Source of the DNA: Selaginella moellendorffii
Taxonomy: Eukaryota; Plantae; Lycopodiophyta
Assembly: GCF_000143415.4 (NCBI RefSeq)
Contig: NW_003314309.1
Location: 1,400,572 to 1,464,571, forward strand
Reading direction: 5' to 3'
Length of the DNA stretch: 64,000 bases
Shown one piece after another: positions 1 through 13,533 of the stretch (the first letter of the stretch is position 1; the number at the start of each line of letters is the position of its first letter). The notes beneath the pieces are model-generated. The model was not told where the DNA came from, did not search any database, and saw nothing but the letters and a program-made list of their open reading frames with translations. The position numbers and the translations under genes were made by a program.

Positions 1-298
1 ACTTGGGAATTTAAGTGGTTGAGGCATTTTTAAACTTACAAACACATGCCCTACTTACATTCCTTTGCTTGCTTAAAATTCAAAAATATTATAAACCTTT
101 CTTTTTGCATTTTCAATGTTTTCAATTATGGTTTTTGATTTTCGTAGGACCAGCCTAGTAATCTATTTGCATCCCGTCATGTTTATAGCTAGCTTTCGTT
201 TGTCCCCTTCGCTAGCCTGAGATACATCTGCTCGGCATTTGCCTCTTACAGCATTTGCCCAGAAAGGGCATCTTTCTTCATGCAGCATTTGCCACATG

Positions 299-324
299 TT
301 TAGGGTTTAGGGTTTAGGGTTTAG
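299..324 (+). repeat. Short interstitial plant telomeric repeat (TTTAGGG)x3.7
   Basis: tttagggtttagggtttagggtttag read directly. Confidence 0.85.
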
Positions 325-1540
325 CAATTCAGTAGCTTGATAAACATGCAAATACAGAACTTGATGCAAAATCCTTTGATATGTCACAATGCCCCTAGAA
401 CCATAAACACATTTCAATAGAGAGGGTCCTTTCATTTCATAACTCCTTATGTAGATCTTGGTGAAACCAGAGTTAGTGAAATTAGTTTCTTGTGATCCCG
501 CATCTGATTGTGATGTCCCTTTGCAGTTTCGATGGAAAGGTCAATGCACACCAAACTGTAAAATCTTGGAGCAAAATAACGGTCGGATCTATGGCAAATG
601 CCCCTGAAACATTATAAGGCTCGTGTGGTCTCATGTGGTGTCCGATCGAGATGCTTCTTTGCAGGGTCATCAAGAAAGACATTGTATACCATTCTGTAAA
701 ATCTAGTTGCGATCTAACGGTTGGATCTCCAGAAAACTCAAAAAAATCTCGCGCGTGTCAGAATATCCTAGGAATATACTCCTATGTGCCCCTGAAAATG
801 GCATGCGGCCCCACGCCATTCAAGAGATAACGCCAGATGACGCCGAGAATTTTTTGGTGCATTTTTTGGGTTCAAAATTGCATGAGCCCACACGCTATAA
901 AGTTTATCTTTGCCAAATAGAGAAAAGTTTATCTGTGTCATGTGAGGTAGTTACAGTCCTTTGTGCTCGGCATCTGCCTCTTGCAGCATTTGCACTGAAA
1001 GGGAATTTTTCTCCATTCAGCATTTGGCCCTGAAAATGGCATGCGCCCACACACCATTCAAAGAATAACGCCACAGGACGCCTGGATTTTTGGGTTTAAA
1101 ATGTTTAAGGTTTTTTGGGTTTTTTCAAAATATTTTGGGTCCAACATTTTTTGGGTTTCTTTGGTTCAAAATTGCATGAGCCCACACGCTATAATATTGA
1201 TTTGAGAGAAAAATAGAAACAGATAGAATTTCTTTATTTAGCTGAACATCTGCCATTTTTGGAAATACAAGATGCTTTGGAATATCCAATCATGCATGGT
1301 ATAAATATAGCGAGGGTATTAAATGATATCCCAATCATGATCTTTCTTTTGGATTTCGCGTGCATGCAGTCCGAGGAATGATGACGTTGCGGATTTCTTT
1401 TGGATTTTGCGTGCTTGCATGCGCGCGGCAATCCAGAAATTAATGGTGGCGCCCAAGTCCGAGGAATGATGACGTGGCGGGATTACCAACCGTTGTGACA
1501 TTTCGCGCGTGTGAGGTTAGGTTTTGCATTTTGCTTTGTA

Positions 1541-1775
1541 CTCGCGCTCGCACACTCGCGCTCGCGCTCGCATCACACTCGCGCTCCCGCTCGCATCGCG
1601 CTCCCACTCGCGATCACGCTCACTTCTCTACAGGTTTCTCGTGTGCATCGGCGTCCACTCGCGCTTGCATCACACTCGCGCTCGCATCGCGCTCGTGTGC
1701 ATCGGCGTCCACTTCAAGACACACCCAGTTTGTAACTTTGCCGCCAACTCCGCCGCCCACTCCGCCACCCACACG
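1541..1775. repeat. Low-complexity CTCGCG/CTCGCA-rich minisatellite followed by CCGCC repeats
   Basis: Repeated actcgcgctcgca(tc) units. Confidence 0.8.
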
Positions 1776-2141
1776 CAGCCCACTTGGCGTCCCGGGAGAT
1801 TTCAGCGCCACTCTCCAACTGTAAGTGGCAGAGTAGCCTTGCTGCTACGATCTGCTGCACACACAGTGCACATTCGCCAGCGAGTCCGGCCTCGATTGTC
1901 ACGCCTCCATTCGGCTTCAAATGGTAAGTCTTTTAGGCCAAGTAGAAAATGGCATGAGGCCACATGCCATTCAGTAGCAACATTGGCATGCACCGATTGG
2001 GCTCTCGAGTGCAGTCCGGTTACAGATGGCGTGTAGCCTCACGCCATCTTAGGATGCAGCCTCAAGACATCTGATGCAGTGGTGAATGGCGTGTGGCCTC
2101 ACGTTATTTCCAGCTGCTAGCTTTTCATCTGTCAGCTCTAA

Positions 2142-4042
2142 TTGTTGTGCATTTCTGAACAGGCGAGGAATTGCGTTCTTCTTCCAGCCACTGTCAATGT
2201 GGATGCAGAGAAGGGGGAGGAGCTCACCAGTTGGACTTTCGGGATGGAAGGCGAGGATCTAATGCTGTACAACACAGATGGTGGGAGAAAAGAATGCATG
2301 GGGATCCTCATCCAAGTGACAGACACTCCATGCAGTTCCATGCAAGAATATGGACTGGCACTTGTGGTAGAGACAGCGTCCGCCTTCAAGATCCACCTTG
2401 CACATCCTAGCGGCTTCCCAGAGGGGGGCAGCGGCTATGAGGAATTCCTAGAGGGAGCTAGGGAGAGGTTGTCCAGGAGGCCCACAATTTCAAAGACGCT
2501 GCGGGTCTATGAAGATCACATGGAATCCACGGACCTCACCTACGGCGATGTTCAAAAACTATATTCCAACATTGAGCCGTTGAGAGTGCCTCCAGTTTGC
2601 GAAGCGAAGGGGAAGGGGGTCGATCTGGAAACTACCCCGAAGCAGAAAAGGGTGGTCAAGCTCAAGCCGACGTCCGACTCTGCTGCTCCAAAAAAGAAGC
2701 TACTCGGTGATGCCATTGCCTCGGGTTCGAACACTACACCCACCAAAAAGAAGAGCCGCAAAGAGCAGAAAGAGCAAGAAGAGGCAGCAAAAATCGTCGC
2801 AGATAATAGTACTTGTTACTATTCCAACAAAGTATATACAATCGACGTGAGCCGTATCGACATCCAAAGCAAATATAACCACAGGCTAGTATCTGATGAG
2901 TGGGTGGAGAAACTGAAGCAGAAGATGCTGGCAAGTCCAGTAACACCCGACATCGCAGACGTGATCCCCTACTACCGATCAGTATCCAAATTTCATTAAG
3001 AGGGATGTCGACCGCCGGCTTCAGAAATAGCTCGACCCCGCAGCAGAGGCCTATCGAGAACATTACCGGGTATACGTGAATTCGGATGAGGATCAAAGGT
3101 GGAGGAGCATCGTTTCCCGCGGAGATGAGCAGGTCAAGAACATCTTTTGTGTGATGGACTTCACAAACGAGGAGATCACTCATGCAGACGAAGTCAGCTC
3201 CATCATTGACTTAATGGTGGGACTTGCGGAGGTGGAATCTTCAGTCCACTATATGATCTACGACTCCGAATCCTATCACAAGTTCTGGAAGGCCTTGAAC
3301 GAGGTGAAGGCTCGGTTGAAAGGCAAGGAGATGCGGGAGATCCATGGGATAATGGCTAAGAAGAAGATACCGACGAATGTCCGCATCTTCACAGTCGCCC
3401 TTGTTATTGGTCCTGCAGCAGAGTGGGACTGGAGTGACTTCCCAGCTTCGTTCAATAAAGCCGATCAAGCCAGTCACCACCTAAAGGAGCCAATCACCAC
3501 CTTCTGACTCAGATTCCTATGGCGGACTCCTCTTCCCCAATCTCAATGGAGAGGTACAATGGATGAGGGATGCTTTTCAAGTCAGGGCCACGTTTTTCTC
3601 ATCTCGTCATCTTCAAAGGGTGCAAGAACGTGCAGAAACCATGTTAAGACAGTCGGGTGAGGATACGGTCCTAGGTCACGCACTAAAACAGGCTATGGAT
3701 GTCTTGTATTTTGAGATGGAGACTCGGCCAGATGATTTTCCCAAGATGGTCCTGGAAAAACAAGCCATCCAGCCTGAGCAGCCTATGAAAGAAATGCAAG
3801 AGGGGGATGAGGAGCCAGAGAAAGATAATGAGCAGGAAGAGCAGAAGGACGAAGAGGAGGACAAAGAAGAGGAGGACGAAGAAGAGGAGGATGAAGAAGA
3901 GGAGGACGAAGAGGACTTGGATGGTCCTCACAATGGTGACGATCACAATAACGACGATGACGATGATGACGACGATGGCCAGCCTGAGGTGGCCAAAGAG
4001 CAGCGGAGGAAGGTCATACAAGACAAACCATCAGGTAAATAA
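2142..4042 (+). pseudogene. Disrupted uncharacterised ORF: basic NLS-like stretch, possible ParB/Srx-like N-terminal motif, acidic D/E tract
   Basis: ORFs 2142-2999, 3076-3507 and 3563-4042 on one strand, separated by stops/frameshifts; YTIDVSRIDIQSKYNHRLVSDEWVEKLKQKM resembles the start of ParB-like domains. Confidence 0.4.
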
Positions 4043-4935
4043 TAGTACATCCATTCCTAACCTTTTACCATTTCTAACATTGTCTATGTAGGTCGCAGAA
4101 GAAATGGTAAGTAGAGATTATTCAGTTGAATTAAGATACAAACTCTAGCCTTTAGTGTCGAGGAAGGATAGTGCCAAGCAAGGGTCGAAACGTATGTCCA
4201 ATCCTTCAGAATCAGCAGTGCGCCCAAGTGATATCGGTCCTAGTTCCTCAATAGCAGTTGATGGTAAATACAGTATAGTCGATTCAATGTGCTAATGAGT
4301 TTATTTTTAGTAGCACGGGAGGATACCATCTCAATCGAAGGGAGATATTTGGACATGCATATGGATCCGCCAGTGGACTCTACTTGCCTGCAAGAGTCAT
4401 CAGAGCTGGTGGAGGCTACTATCCATATCAACGCCAAGCAAGCTGACCACGCTCCACTTGATGCTGCCCATACCACTGAGTCAATCTTGTCCACGTATCC
4501 AACTGATGGTGACCAGGCGCCATTGGACCCACATGAGGCCGCCCCAGCCGCCGAGCCGGTCGTATCCTCATTTCCAACGTGTGCCCAATCGTCTGACTAC
4601 GCGCCGTTGGAACCTCCCTACACCGCCCCTGCTGCCTATTCGGTCATGTCCACTTTGCCAACGGAGGCACCAGCTGAAATGGCGTGTGATCACACGCCAT
4701 CGGAACCACCCCATGCCACTGTTGAGCCAGTTGTACCAGAGTCTACAGCTGAAATGGCATGTGCCCACACGCCATCGGATGCGATTGACCCCACATTGCA
4801 GAGGAGAGTATTTCCGCCCTTCACGTTTCCTCGACCAAAACCCTCTGAACGACCATCGGGAGCACCATTCGCTAATATTGTAGATGGTAAAATTGACTTG
4901 TACCATTTTTTATGCTGACGCATTTCATTTCAGAG

Positions 4936-5873
4936 TCACGGCGAAAGTACTGTATCGTTTTTGATCTGAATGGTGTCCTTTTCTCCCATGAGCGTGGCTC
5001 GTCCTCGAATGTCACTGNNNNNNNNNNNNNNNNNNNNNNNNNNNNNNNNNNNNNNNNNNNNNNNNNNNNNNNNNNNNNNNNNNNNNNNNNNNNNNNNNNN
5101 NNNNNNNNNNNNNNNNNGGTCAAAAGAGACAGATTCACTACAATAATGACCATGCGGCGGCAACTGCGGGATCTATTAATGACCATGCGACACTAAAACA
5201 GAGGGCGGGGTTCAATTTGCAATTGGGAGTTTGGACATCCATGATGCGCCACAATGCATTAACGTTGCTACAGATGATGCACGATCAGACGCGAGTAATA
5301 TTACCATTTGACTTTCTCCTAACGCAGGAGGATTGCTTGACTATGGTCCATGTGAGGGGTAGCAAGCCCATCTTCGTCAAGGCAGAGGCTGTAGTGATGA
5401 ACCGGACTGCTAGGTCAAGTGAAATCCTCATCATCGATGACTCGCCGATTAAAACTGCAGCGAACACGCACACATATGCAGTGCACCCCATCTCTTGCAG
5501 TATGGAAACTAGGGAGAAGAAACCGTATGTTCTGGGGGACCTTGCAAAACGGCTTGAAGCGATGGTGATAGAGAACCGGCCAGTCCAGGAGGTGGCTGCA
5601 GAAATCAACCAAATGGCAGATGGAACGGTATATCAGAAGCCATTTGATCGGACAGACACCAGTCATCATTTATGGCATGTATATTGTCTAGCCAAGCACT
5701 ATCCGCATCTCCATAATTTGCTCAACCGGATGGGTTCTTCGACCACTGAACATGAGCGTGGACGTATTAGAGAAGAGATGGCATTACTATTGGGTTTAAA
5801 TCCTGATAGTGTGGAGAGTGATGAAATTCCAAGATTATTGTATAGGCATTGGAGGCAAAAAATAACAGTCTGA
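4936..5873 (+). CDS. FCP1/NIF-like HAD-superfamily phosphatase domain, interrupted by an N gap (5018-5117)
   Basis: Motif I YCIVFDLNGVLF, motif II LGVWTS, motif IV ILIIDDSPIK. Confidence 0.7.
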
Positions 5874-6499
5874 GATGGCATGTATTTATTTAAAAATGTA
5901 ACTTATTATGGCATGGGGTTCCATGCCATTGTGTTAATATTAAAAGACAATTCTTTGAGAGGATTTGCATTATACTAGAAGTGTTACAGCATGTTATTGG
6001 AAGTCTGCGAAGTTGTTTTATTAATAAGGGGAAAGTAAAGATTGAATGGGGACTTGGGCTCCACCTAGACTCGGAGCAACTTAGCCAATATTAAAAGGAT
6101 GGAAAGAAATTGGACGACGATGACAAGGAGAAGAGAGAGGTGAAGCAGTGGCAGGGGGAGGAGAAGTGATTGAGTAGACATTTCCTTGTTTAAAATAAAA
6201 TGGCATGTGCCTCAATGCAATTGAATTTTGTTATATTTATATACTATATAAAGGTTTGGAAACCTTATTTTACAAGTGGGATAATGACAATTCCCACTTT
6301 AACGAAATAGAGCTTAACCCTCCTGAGCAAAGAAACCAAACCCGTCGGTAAGGTTTAGATAGACTACTGTAAACAGGCAGTTAGAGTTGTTTACACGGTC
6401 ACGCCCTTTCGAACGGAATAAGGAACAGCGATAAAGAGGCGGGTTATGTGACCAGTCCACAGTAGCTACCCCATGACTAGAGATTTCACCATGCACACG

Positions 6500-9400
6500 A
6501 AGTGCCGAAGCCAGTCTGCCTATACTGGCCCAAACTCAAAGATTAATAGATGGACAATATCAAAGTCATAGACAATGATATCTTAGAGACTTAATTATCA
6601 ATGAGTATATCTTAGATTAGAACACAAAAGTATTCCAAGTAAGTTATCATCCGATAAACTAGTAGTATAGTACAGGAACCACCAAGATCATCACGTTTGG
6701 AAAACATAGGATTGACCATCCAACAAAATTCAATAGCAAATATATCATCAAGGAAACTCAATGATGAAACTTAACTACTGAAGATGGCAGATAGTATGCC
6801 GAACAACTTACCAAAGATAACTCAAAGAACACAAAGTATCATCGATTGGCAAGCAAAATGCTCGCGAATGTATCACCTAAAGGAAATAACATCCCAAATC
6901 TGTCAGAACTAACTTGAGCAACAATCAACAGAAGAGAATGAATGCGGTAAGACCAACAAACACTCAGTCCTGCCAATTATCACAAAAGCCAATCTGAATA
7001 GATCCCAGCCAATAATACCAAGGAACTCAAGTTGCCTAAGCAAGTGTCAGCAACATCCTATTGATGTCTCAAACCCAAGAAACCAATCCAGAGCAAATCA
7101 CAAAGAACATGTGATATTGCGAAAAGCCACAAGCCATTAAAGAGAACAACTAACCACCATGAAAGATCATCAATCATCCTATCAATAAAGAAATGCATAA
7201 TCATCATCAAAGAAAGAATCTACTATCCCGAAGAACAGCAAATCATTCTATACCAACAATAATCAAGCAAAACCTTTTGATAAAGATAATCAATTATCCT
7301 AGATGATAGTCAATCATCACCAATGATTGCTAAATGCAAATACTAACTTCATCGAAGCTAACAAGCCAAAATATCTTCCCCAACAACTTCTAACAAATGG
7401 AACAATGAGCATAAAACTCAAAGAACCAAAAGCTTGAAGAAGTCTATAGCCAAGTCTTTCCGAACAATGATCACAAGTCTTGCATGAACTAATTTCAATG
7501 CTAAAGAAGAAGTTATGGTGCAACCCACAATATCTTCCTTAACACATCCATAAGCTAAACTTTATAATGCCAAAGCTAATGAAGAGCATACCTGCATCAA
7601 TCCAAAAGCCAAGCATAATGAAATTATGCTCAACAAATGACCACTAAATGATCCTCCATGAATCCATCCATAGTAAGACGTAACTCACTTCATAACAAGC
7701 ACAAGAAGAATCATCAATGATCGATATATTCTAACTCAAATCCAATAAGGATTTAAATATTCCAATAGCAATCACTAACTCTTCCTCTCGTAAAGCTAGT
7801 ATAGTCCACGACTAAATCACTTTTCAAGGAAAAGCCAAAGCTCAATCTTTACTAAACAATCTCGTCTAGAACACAACTAACTCAAACTTGCCACTCAGTT
7901 CATGTGAACATCAAGACAGTTGCTAACTAGCAAATGCACGAATGCCAATAACACAAAATCATAGCCAAATCATCAACACTATTTTCATCGAGACTAATGA
8001 CACTCAATATCAATCCTATGGAGAGACATCTCATTTCACTCGAATCTCAACCTCAATAATGTCAACGACAAGGCATCACTTTAATGCCATCAACAACAAA
8101 ATAAAGCTAGAAGAAAGCACGAGTGTATCACCACTCAAAGCTCTCTAGCAACCAAGCTAACCAAGGTCAAAGATACTTTAGTCAATATTTGAGACCAATC
8201 TTTCAGCAAAACTCAGTTATAGATAACATTTCATCAAAGAGTGAATCACCACATCCAAGACTCAATGAAATCCGACACCACGAACTAAACGCAACCAAAT
8301 GATATCAACAGAGGTAGAGTTGACATGCCAACATGGAAAACCCATGTAAGTTAAATGACATGATCCTCCGCAACACCATCCGGTAAAGTAAACCCATCAC
8401 TGCTAAATCTTCATCGAGCGAAGCAAGTGTTTAACAGTTCTCGACGAAGTCTACAAGCAACCATTAGTCGCAAAGCAACTAACCATCACTTTTTCAACTT
8501 GCTTTCACGAGACCCAGACACTAAACTCACGCCATTGAGTTACACACTTGTCCAACATGAACATAATACCCCACATATGAGATAAAGGTTCATGGACAAG
8601 CACAAACTAAATGACCACTCGAATCCAACTCAACCGCGATAAACTCATCAATACATCTAGTCAATAGCTCTGAGCATGCCCTTGAAGAGGCTAGCTATAC
8701 ATGACCAACACTTAGTCGAAGCTAAAGTGAAGATTATGAGATGGACTCATATCAGTACACAACCTCCTTATAGACAAAGCTATAGTATGGGTACTAACAT
8801 CTCAAACTCAAACAATTAAGTTGAACATCACCATCCTTAGCCAAGGTGCAAAGCCACCAAGACCAAATCAAGATCAGTGAAAGCTCACTACTCTCATAGA
8901 GTCTAAACAAAATGCAAGGTGCAACCTGCTACCAAGCATAATGCCACAAAAGAAAGGCACAAGGGTCACCTTTCTTAGAAAAGTGCAACGGCCACTTTTC
9001 TACACCAACTCCAGACTCTATCCAACTCAATTGATTTAGCCCCAAAAGTCAGCATCCCTTTCAGGCTGCATCATAAAAACTACCTACTAAGGTTTAAGCT
9101 AACCTAAGTCAACTCCAACCCTTTCACTAGTTTGTATTAGCTTATGAAAACAGAAAGGTTTTCGGACAAAGTGATCAACAGGTCAGCCATTGGAAAAGCC
9201 TAAGAAAATTTGTGGAAAATTTTCCATCCTAGAGAAGGAACGACTCTCAGTCCAGGAATACAAACTTTCAAGACTCAACCAACTTCCTCCTATTTACAAC
9301 TTCACATAGGTTCACCTTAACACAAATTCTCATGACCCATAGTATGCTTAAGCCTCGAACATCTCTTTTTGCCCATACTTCTGACATCCAACACCGACAT

Positions 9401-12400
9401 CCGCAGAATGCAAAATGAACATCTAAAGCTTGATCACGATAACCACATCTTCGGATATTCACATTGCATTAACACTTTTCTTCAATCACCTTCAAGATCC
9501 AATGTGAAGCCAAAACACTAACAAGAAAAATGACATAGAAAATCAAGCTCTAAGGAAAATCCCTCATCACTCGAATCAGCAATGCCACTTCCACTAACAC
9601 AAGTGCTAGCGATATCAATGCCTTAACTACACACCTTTTCCATCCAACAATCTACTCCAAGTGCTAATGGATAAACCAACAAGCCAAAGCAAATGAATGC
9701 TATAACCCTTTTCCAACACCTTATGGGCCAACTCTCAAAGGAACAATGTACCAACTTAAGCTTAGCATAATGGACCACTATCGAGAATCCTATCAAAGCT
9801 ACTACAATGCTACTACTTGTAAGTAGACTAGTTTCTCCATCAACCACTTTGGGGTTGATCATTGTTTAACCAAGCAACTTCGTAAACACATTGCTCACTA
9901 TCACATGGATATGATATAAGTATCACAATGACTTGATCATCAATTGAGCGACACCACAAGCAATGCCAATGTCATTACTTCAAAGGTTTATGTGAGTATC
10001 AAGTGCCAATTCAATTCGACAAAATGCAACATAAATGCCACACTCCACCGATAGAGACTTACAACACCCAACATCCTTAAGTTTTGTTCACAACACGGAT
10101 AAGCTCATGCCACTCTCTATCCAACCAAACTCAAAACTAATCCAACACCAAGCTACTCAAGGAGCAATAGCAAGGTTCTCCAGAAAAGAATTGAACATTG
10201 CAACCCAAGTCTTCCAATAGCAAGCTTAGACAAAATGGTATAGTGTTTCACCACTATCCATCCCATAACTCACCATTTGTAAGACCATCATCTCCAAGAT
10301 GCATCAAGGTAGGGAATCTTGATTGCATAATATGAACATGAGCAATGAGTCAGCACCTCATTGCAAATCATCTCTCCAAGAAGAGAAAATGATTTACATA
10401 TTTGATCCTTCATCCCCGATGACTCTCTTTTCGGTCTCATCTTTGACTAAACCTCAAGCTTGCTTTCACATTGCCTTCAGTCCAATCCAAGAAAAGTTTA
10501 TGAGAGAGCATAACAATGACTACTTGAACCAATAGACTAATCCCTACAGTCTTGGTTGACTCACTTGTAATCATGCATAGGAAGGATCTACTAGTGCCGT
10601 GCTAAATAGCTACGGACTAGCCTATTTGCCACTCATAGCAAACTCAGGGAAGGTTTGCTTTTACCCACGGTACATGGAACAACTCATAGAACCACCAATA
10701 GGTTAACATTAATCCTGCCAACTCAAAGTATAACCTTGAATTGCTAATGTGCCTCACTCACGAGTCCAAACTCAAACTCGTGCGAACGGAACAACTCAAT
10801 CCCTCTTGTGAGCCCAAGCTCAAGCTCACATCATAAAGTACAATAAGGTAACCAAGATCCATACCCAAGGAACGATTGCGAAGCCTTTGCACCAAACGTG
10901 TACCCACTCGGATCATCGTTTTCATCTCTGCGTATGCAACGAGACTAGTTGCCCAATCTCATTGGATAGTACTCGCTGAGAGTCATCCTCTGATACCAAA
11001 TGTAGCGCACGTGGTTTTGACCCTTTATCCTATAGTGATTTACCATAGGATAACACTACGAAGCGGAACCTAAACCCTCTTTGTGCCACGTGACAGATGC
11101 CATGTGTCACATGCCACGTGTCCACAGGAACCCGAGGTTCAAGGCCTTGGGCCATTGAACGAAGGAACGGTGCCAAACTCCCAAGCATGGAGCCAAGGAG
11201 TGACGGAACCGAACCACGGAGCAACTCCCGAGCATAAAGCCCAAGGAGCGAAGGGACAGGAGCCTGGAGTGACTTGGAACAGTCCTGGAGCAACCAGCAT
11301 CCCAGTGCCAGGACCAGCATGCAAAATGGAGCCAAACGGAGTCTGGCGCTTTTTCGGCATACCGTGGCCTAACGCGAGATATGGGTACTCCACCAACTAG
11401 CATGGAATGGAACTTGGGCTTAGNNNNNNNNNNNNNNNNNNNNNNNNNNNNNNNNNNNNNNNNNNNNNNNNNNNNNNNNNNNNNNNNNNNNNNNNNNNNN
11501 NNNNNNNNNNNNNNNNNNNNNNNNNNNNGGAACCCCCCCCCCCCCCCCCCCCCCTTGAGGAACACACGCTTTGGGCTTTCACCCCAAGCCTCCTTTAGTA
11601 TCAAGAGTTAGTCTCTGGGACAAGCTCGAAACTTACTAAATATGGAATGTCTTTAGATTGCAAATTTGGACACGGGACGAACACCATTGTGTTCAGGCCG
11701 ATCTCTACATTCCGTAGATATGCCAAATGAGCAAATCTTGACACTTTCCATAAATAGCATTTGGGACCGAAATGAGACTAACACAAAGGGCATGATAGCA
11801 AGGGTGTTTGGCAGACACGGTAAGCTATCATGTAGCGATATTGAGGGACCAATCTCAATACGCGAGGGTTCTTGTCAAGCCAGTGCAAGACAGAGCAAAA
11901 GAGAACTAACAAGCCGGGCCAAGTATGCTCAACTAAATAGACACTTAGGAATTCCTTCCTTATGCTCATCCGGCCAAGTACAGATGCAAAGTCTAGTTTA
12001 CTAACACTTGAACAAGAGGGGCTAATAAAGGGAACCAGCAATACCGACCTCCTACCATCGTGGCAGTAAGGTAAGAATGTCCGTAAGGACTAGTCGACAA
12101 GTAACTTTCGATACCCGAAGTCACATTCGCGACAAAATCGGCCATGAAGATGAATGCAAAAGAAAGAGCAAAAGAAGAGAAATGACAAAAAGCTAGAAAG
12201 AAATGGTAGATCTAGACAATGCAAAAAGCTAAATCTAAACCAAAATCCTGAAAGGAAATAACAAAAGAAAGGAAATGGAAAAAGCTAGATCTAGACAATG
12301 CAAAAGCTAGATCTAAACCAAAATCCCAAATCCAAACACTCCCAGGGACAATCAAAGGTGCCCCTCACCTCCACCAATGTGAGTGCATGGAATATAGAAA

Positions 12401-12453
12401 GGGAATACAGAAATGTGCATATCAATTAGCCCAAAAACCCTAGTTTATATACA
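6500..12453 (-). mobile_element. Decayed, probably non-autonomous LTR retrotransposon (internal region ~6.5-11.0 kb; 5' LTR from 11001 to roughly 12453)
   Basis: PBS 2 nt from a TG LTR terminus; strongly A/C-skewed internal region without long ORFs; second LTR and TSD not found. Confidence 0.6.
10988..10998 (-). other. Primer-binding site complementary to tRNA-iMet (TGGTATCAGAG)
   Basis: ctctgatacca-aa-tgtagcg on + strand = ...CA-TT-TGGTATCAGAG on - strand. Confidence 0.85.
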
Positions 12454-13533
12454 GGAGCGAGTTAGTCTGAATTGAAACTAATCCGACGGCTACCAAAATC
12501 CCATTACGCTAATATTAGTATATGGCATCGTAGCCGTACACTTGGCCCTCACAAAAGTAATTGTATGAGCGCGAGCAAAGAGATAAAATCATGGTCTTTT
12601 AGCATGTACACCCTGGAACTTCCACAGCGGCGCGTACATCCCAGCATAGCTCCTACAGCAAAAGTATCAGCACTGAGTGATAAAGAATCACTAAGCAGCA
12701 CCACGGCATCGCACTGGCAATCTGAGCAGATGCAGAGCATTGCCACTTGATCTCCTTCCCAGATCGGCATGGCGATGCATGTGCCGCGAGCACGGAAATC
12801 CAGCTACCATCAAACATATTCGAGAAAAGAGGTTTCTGCTTTTCTCCTCTCAGAGTTGAAAAGCAGAAAGGTCAGTAAGACTTAAGACTTGAGAGGCGAT
12901 CGAGTTGGTCACTCTACTAACATTTCTTGAAGCAGGCGATTAATGAGAACAACTTCTCATTCACGAAATTCCTGTGTTGTCACTGCTGATAACTTGAGTA
13001 ACCTGTTTGCTATAAAGTGAGCAGTAAAGGTAGCAAATGTTTGTATAGCTTGAACATTCGTGCATATATGTTTCTTGTGAACAGCATGTACGACGTGGAA
13101 ATGGAGGGTTTGGTTCGACAGTCGCAGAGTTTATTTCGAAATCCGATGTTCCTGGTCACTGCGCGAAGGTACATCCATGGCCAGCTTTTCTCTAAATTAT
13201 TTTACGAAAGACCGAATGCCAGGTTTGGACAAGACCAAAAATGTGTGTTCGTTAAAGGCCTCACCAACGTTCTCATTCGCAAAATGGACCAGTAGTTTTG
13301 GTTTTCTGAGGAGAACGTATCTTTGAGAGCACGAAGAACACAATAAAATCTCGAAGACACTCGTTTTGCAAAGCTAGACTATATACATGTAAGTCAAGCC
13401 TGATAAAATGTTCTATCTCATTACCAGTTTCTTGGAAGGAAAGAACAATCTTTGGCGAGAGATTAAATAAAAGAGAGTAGATAAAAAAAAGAAAGAAAAT
13501 CTTCTCGGTTTCTTTCGAGCTCTCCCTTCTTCC

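Larger units (their letters stand above)
231..6221. mobile_element. Putative decayed DNA element with dispersed 22-bp palindromes and cargo ORFs; boundaries unknown
   Basis: Direct repeats (231-293 vs 966-1030; 791-835 vs 1029-1075; 860-898 vs 1150-1192), recurrent ATGGCRTG-N6-CAYGCCAT motif, broken ORFs, no recognisable host gene; no TIR/TSD seen. Confidence 0.5.

Noticed and set aside
1474-2036. Several overlapping ORFs
   Set aside because: Produced by the low-complexity CTCGCG repeat.
798-6221. CRISPR-like reading of the palindromic repeats
   Set aside because: Eukaryotic context, irregular spacing from tens to thousands of bp, no cas genes.
11534-11554. Poly-C tract as a G-quadruplex or PPT
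   Set aside because: Abuts an assembly gap inside the LTR, so its length and context are unreliable.
12470-13300. Short ORFs and splice-like signals right of the LTR
   Set aside because: No recognisable domain or consistent gene model.
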